Positions 26,185 through 30,092 of a DNA stretch of 30,092 bases are shown here, piece by piece. The position numbers were made by a program, and so were the translations under genes. Within the stretch, counting starts at the first letter, position 1. Every line of letters begins with the position of its first letter. The notes beneath the pieces are model-generated. The model worked only from the letters and a program-made list of their open reading frames with translations, did not search any database and had not been told where the DNA came from. The DNA is from a virus (Duplodnaviria; Caudoviricetes): IMG/VR virus record IMGVR_UViG_3300017908_000245, positions 1 through 30,092 of that record. The stretch is one strand, 5' to 3'.

Positions 26185-28389
26185 ATGGCAGACGACTATC
26201 AAATTGAAAATCCAGCAGGAGGTCCTCCTATAATTGTCCCTGGTTGGGCAAGTGAAGCAACATTTAGACAGATCGAAGGTGATCTCAATAGGATGACCAA
26301 AATCGATGAAGCACTTGTAAAGGTTTCTTCTAACTTCAGCAAAGATTTACAAGACATGTTCCAAGGCATTGCAGGCGGTGCAAGAGGCGACACAGCAGCT
26401 AACAAAAGCGAAACTGCTGAAACAAAAAATGCTACTAAAGCAACAAAAAAACTTGCTAGTAGAGTAGTAGAATCTGCAAGTTTTATGGGCAATACAGAAC
26501 GTCCGCTTACTAGCATTGTTGGTGCATTAAAAGAAGCAGGACCTGCAATTGGTGGTGCATTGAGTAAATTTATTGAGCCTCTTGGAAAAGCAGTAAACAA
26601 ACTAGAAGGCGGCGGCTCCGGCGGTGGACTTAGTGCTCTGGGCAGAACATTAACTGATAACAAAGGTGTGATTAGTGATGCAGCATTTATGTGGCTTGGT
26701 TGGAATGCTGGTAAATTAGAAGCGTTTAGCGAAGTGCAACAACAGATGATTGACAACGGTGCAATCATGTTTGAAAATCACAATGCTTTCAATGACTTGC
26801 GTGTTGCAGTCAACAGAAGCGGTGTAACATATGATGCATTTTCAAAAACAATTGCAGCCAACGGTAGTGCTATCAATGCGTTTGGCGGCAATGTAAGTTT
26901 GGGAACAAAAAGATTTGCAGACTTTTTTGGTAACTTAGAAGAGTCAGCAGATGCATTAGGTGACTTTGGTATTAGCAACGCAGAACTCCTGCAACAATCA
27001 GGTGAGTTTTTAGAATACCAACGTATCACTGGTGGATTAAGAAGAGGCACAGCAGGCTTAGAAGAAGATTTGAGTCAAGCATTTACACAATTGCAAATTG
27101 AAACAGCAGGATTAGCAAGTATTACAGGTTTACAAAGAAGTCAGTTATTGCAAAATAGATTACAAGTTACTAATGTTGATTTTGCTGCAGGTTTGGTAAA
27201 TCTAGAAGGAGATGAACGAGCAGCAGCAGATGAAGCTCGTAAGATTTTTGCAGATTTAGAAAGTATTGCAGGACAGGGAAGTCCTCTTTCAACACTTTCA
27301 AATGCTACAGCAAGATCATTAGCTGTTGTAAATGGTAACTTAGCTGAACTAGATATAGAAGAAGTTGCACAAGCTATGAATCCCAATGATGTTGCTGCAC
27401 TTAAAAAAGCATTTGGTCAAGATATTTTTGATCAACTTGAATTAGCTATTCAAAGCGGAGACACTGAAGCTGTGCAGAGAGTAATGTTTGATACTATTAA
27501 TGCTGATCTCACACGTTTGGGAACACAAGTTGCTAGTGTAACTGATCCATTAGCTGGAGCAAGTAACAGTTTAGCACAAGCAATGATGCAAATCAAGCAA
27601 GTGTTTGGCGACATATCTGTAGAAGAACTAGCACAGGCAAGAGAAAAAGCAGTGGCAGGACTAGCCGAAGCTGGAACAAGCACAGTGTTGTTAAATGATG
27701 CAACAAAAGCATTTTTAGCTATACAAGAAGCATTTACATTAAACATGGATACACTAAGCAAAGCATTTGGTGGTGCGTCAGAAGTTGTAAATGATGTAGT
27801 CCAGTTTTTCAACAACAATGCAGAAAGAATGTATCTAGTGCCAAATATGGGACCAGATGAAATTGCAGCTATGGAAAAAATTATTAAATTAAACGAAGCA
27901 GGTGTTCCAAATGCAATGAATAACATGGCATCACAAGGAGGTTATGGTTACATTGATGACCCTATGAATAAGTTAGCCAAAGAATACAGTGCTGCAATGG
28001 AAACTTTAAAAAATGCAGGCATGACAGATCCTCAAAATGTTGACCAAGACATGCTAAACTGGTATAAAAACAATGTGCCTGGTCTTGCTTTTGGAGGTCC
28101 AATAGCTGCAGGTAACCTACGAGTTGTTGGTGAAAACGGTCCGGAACTGTTAGTTACAGAACAAGATGGTAAAATACTTTCAAACAGAGAACTTAATGAT
28201 CTTATGAACACAGAGTTGACACCTGACTCAAACAGTAGTATAATGGAAGTTAACATCGAAGAAGAGTATAAACAAGCCATTGCTACAAAGAAGCAAACAC
28301 TAGTTGTTTTAGAAAATGTAAGAAAATTTGCTAAAAATAAGATGATGGATGATAGGCTAAAAGCTGCAATTGATGCAAGCGGGGCATAA
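26185..28389 (+). CDS. Tape-measure-like protein 2 (734 aa)
   Basis: Helical and Ala-rich; the C-terminal LAFGGPIAAGNLRVVGENGPELLV is the common TMP A.GG...VGE.GPEL motif. Confidence 0.75.
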   Translation: MADDYQIENPAGGPPIIVPGWASEATFRQIEGDLNRMTKIDEALVKVSSNFSKDLQDMFQGIAGGARGDTAANKSETAETKNATKATKKLASRVVESASFMGNTERPLTSIVGALKEAGPAIGGALSKFIEPLGKAVNKLEGGGSGGGLSALGRTLTDNKGVISDAAFMWLGWNAGKLEAFSEVQQQMIDNGAIMFENHNAFNDLRVAVNRSGVTYDAFSKTIAANGSAINAFGGNVSLGTKRFADFFGNLEESADALGDFGISNAELLQQSGEFLEYQRITGGLRRGTAGLEEDLSQAFTQLQIETAGLASITGLQRSQLLQNRLQVTNVDFAAGLVNLEGDERAAADEARKIFADLESIAGQGSPLSTLSNATARSLAVVNGNLAELDIEEVAQAMNPNDVAALKKAFGQDIFDQLELAIQSGDTEAVQRVMFDTINADLTRLGTQVASVTDPLAGASNSLAQAMMQIKQVFGDISVEELAQAREKAVAGLAEAGTSTVLLNDATKAFLAIQEAFTLNMDTLSKAFGGASEVVNDVVQFFNNNAERMYLVPNMGPDEIAAMEKIIKLNEAGVPNAMNNMASQGGYGYIDDPMNKLAKEYSAAMETLKNAGMTDPQNVDQDMLNWYKNNVPGLAFGGPIAAGNLRVVGENGPELLVTEQDGKILSNRELNDLMNTELTPDSNSSIMEVNIEEEYKQAIATKKQTLVVLENVRKFAKNKMMDDRLKAAIDASGA

Positions 28390-28392
28390 ATA
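28385..28392 (+). promoter_or_regulatory. Late promoter CATAAATA upstream of the portal
   Basis: Overlaps the TAA stop of the upstream gene, 26 nt before the portal ATG. Confidence 0.68.
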
Positions 28393-28418
28393 TACTTACA
28401 TAACAAAGGCGCCCACAA

Positions 28419-30080
28419 ATGAGTTGGAAAAAACACTTTACAAGATATAACACAGCTGACGGAACTGACGGTCGTAGCTCTGCAAAAGCCAGTAGATGGC
28501 AAAGCTGGCTCCCTGAAGTGTATTCTGGTCAGCCTAATCGTATTGAACGCTATAGCCAATACGATCAAATGGATCAAGACAGTGAAATCAATGCAGCACT
28601 AGACACTATTGCTGAATTTAGCACACAAATGGATCCAATCACAGATTTACCTTTTAGTATTAATTACAAAAGCGAACCTACAGATTCAGAAATCAGTGCA
28701 TTAGAAACTGCACTAAAACAATGGGTATCAATCAACGAATTTGAACGCAGAGTTTTTAGTATGTTTCGTGCATGCGTAAAGTATGGTGATCAATTTTTTA
28801 TTCGTGATCCAGAAACATTCAAACTAATTTGGGTAAACTCAAATGATGTAAGCAAAGCTATTGTAAACGAATCTACAGGCAGAGAAATTGATCAATATAT
28901 TATCAAAAATATTGCACTTAACTTACAAGACCTTGTTGCAGTTGATACAAAAGCACACAGTGACGCTACAAGTGTAAATCCACAAACAGGTTACACAACA
29001 AGCAGAACAAATAGTGGCGTTTATGACAGCAAAAATTCAGGTTCAACAACAGAATATGCTGTTGATGCAAGTAATGTTGTGCATGTAAGTTTAAGTGATG
29101 GTATGAATGCAAACTGGCCTTTCGGCAACAGTATCCTTGAGCCAGTTTTTAAAGTTTACAAGCAAAAAGAACTTTTAGAAGATAGTATTATTATCTACAG
29201 AGTGCAACGTGCGCCAGAAAGACGTGTGTTTTATATTGATGTAGGTAATATGCCAGCGCACAAAGCTATGAGCTTTGTTGAGCGCACAAAAAATGAAGTT
29301 CACCAAACACGTATTCCTAATATGAGTGGTGGTGGAACAAAAGTAATGGACAGTGCATACAATCCACTGTCAATTATGGAAGACTATTTCTTTGCACAAA
29401 CTGCTGAAGGTAGAGGCTCAAAGGTTGAGGTATTACCGGGCGGTGAAAACTTGGGCGAAATTGATGACTTGAAATATTTCAACAACAAACTCATGCGTGG
29501 TTTGCGTGTTCCAACTTCCTATCTACCAACTGGTAGTGAAGATGGTATTGCAGCATTCAACGATGGGCGTGTTGGCACAGCAATGATTCAAGAATTCCGC
29601 TTTGCAAAGTATTGTGAACGCTTGCAGACGACTGTTCAGAAAACACTTGACAAAGAATTCAAACTGTTCTGTAAACACAGAGGTATCAATGTAAGCAGTA
29701 GCCTGTTTGATCTCAACTTCTCAGAGCCACAGAGCTTTAGCAAGTATAGAGAAATTGAAATTGATCAACAACGTGCTAACTTGTTTGGTAGCTTGGAAGG
29801 TGCAGGTTATCTTTCAAAGAGATTTATCCTTGCACGTTATCTTGGACTCACCGAAGAAGAAGTTCTTGAGAACGAACGTCTCTGGGCAGAAGAAAATGAT
29901 CCAGCTAGCGCACCATCTGGGGACGCAATTAGTGATTTAAGCAGTGTAGGTGTTAGAGCAGGAGACATGGGTAGCTTTACACCAACAGACGTAGATGCAG
30001 AAAACGATCTAGGTGATGATGATGAGGCACCAATTGATACACCTGATGTAGATGCAGGAGGAACTGACGATGAGATTTAA
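28419..30080 (+). CDS. Portal protein, T4 gp20-like
   Basis: LLEDSIIIYRVQRAPERRVFYIDVGNMP...MEDYFFAQTAEGRGSKVEVLPGGENLGEIDDLKYF...LRVP, the hallmark gp20 block; acidic C-terminal tail. Confidence 0.96.
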   Translation: MSWKKHFTRYNTADGTDGRSSAKASRWQSWLPEVYSGQPNRIERYSQYDQMDQDSEINAALDTIAEFSTQMDPITDLPFSINYKSEPTDSEISALETALKQWVSINEFERRVFSMFRACVKYGDQFFIRDPETFKLIWVNSNDVSKAIVNESTGREIDQYIIKNIALNLQDLVAVDTKAHSDATSVNPQTGYTTSRTNSGVYDSKNSGSTTEYAVDASNVVHVSLSDGMNANWPFGNSILEPVFKVYKQKELLEDSIIIYRVQRAPERRVFYIDVGNMPAHKAMSFVERTKNEVHQTRIPNMSGGGTKVMDSAYNPLSIMEDYFFAQTAEGRGSKVEVLPGGENLGEIDDLKYFNNKLMRGLRVPTSYLPTGSEDGIAAFNDGRVGTAMIQEFRFAKYCERLQTTVQKTLDKEFKLFCKHRGINVSSSLFDLNFSEPQSFSKYREIEIDQQRANLFGSLEGAGYLSKRFILARYLGLTEEEVLENERLWAEENDPASAPSGDAISDLSSVGVRAGDMGSFTPTDVDAENDLGDDDEAPIDTPDVDAGGTDDEI

Positions 30081-30092
30081 TGAATTAGCACA
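30070..30092 (+). CDS. Start of next gene (MRFNELA...), possibly a prohead core protein; truncated
   Basis: AGGAGG RBS at 30056-30061, ATG at 30070 overlapping the portal end; product inferred only from T4-like gene order. Confidence 0.5.

Noticed and set aside
24122-28577. Many long antisense ORFs opposite the tape-measure genes (also opposite gp6, hub, gp46/47)
   Set aside because: Shadow ORFs arising from sense-strand codon bias; Ser/Ala/Pro-rich and without RBS or motifs.
1-30092. Stop-codon reassignment, CRISPR array, tRNAs, introns/inteins in portal or gp46
   Set aside because: Genes are full length in code 11, with TAA, TAG and TGA all used as stops. No repeat-spacer array, cloverleaf or intein/intron-sized insertion was seen.

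Overview
AT-rich (~35% GC by eye) segment of a large T4-related myophage (jumbo-phage-like Caudoviricetes), standard genetic code. Left arm (minus strand, 1-17.6 kb): a tightly coupled late baseplate/tail operon containing a HIGH-motif nucleotidyltransferase, gp54/48-like, gp53-like, a lysozyme-hub fusion, a gp5/VgrG-like spike, a second lysozyme-like protein, an HNH nuclease, gp25, gp6 and a >2346-codon structural ORF that runs off the window and is missing from the ORF track. Middle (plus strand): a sigma70-type promoter drives gp55 late sigma, gp47/gp46 (Mre11/Rad50-like) and an Hjc-type resolvase. This is followed by a ~490-bp non-coding gap holding a ~335-nt, ~49% GC, multi-stem RNA-like element with a 15-bp long-range pairing and plus-strand-only G-U wobbles, then an AT-rich stretch with mini-hairpins. 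Right arm: a gp26-like gene apparently joined to a gp51-like ORF by a -1 frameshift signal (A_AAU_UUU_UUC plus hairpin), two paralogous tape-measure-like genes, and the gp20 portal. The best candidates for novelty are the structured RNA (possibly with a replication origin) and the gp26/gp51 programmed frameshift. All family assignments come from motif recognition by eye; no database searches were run.
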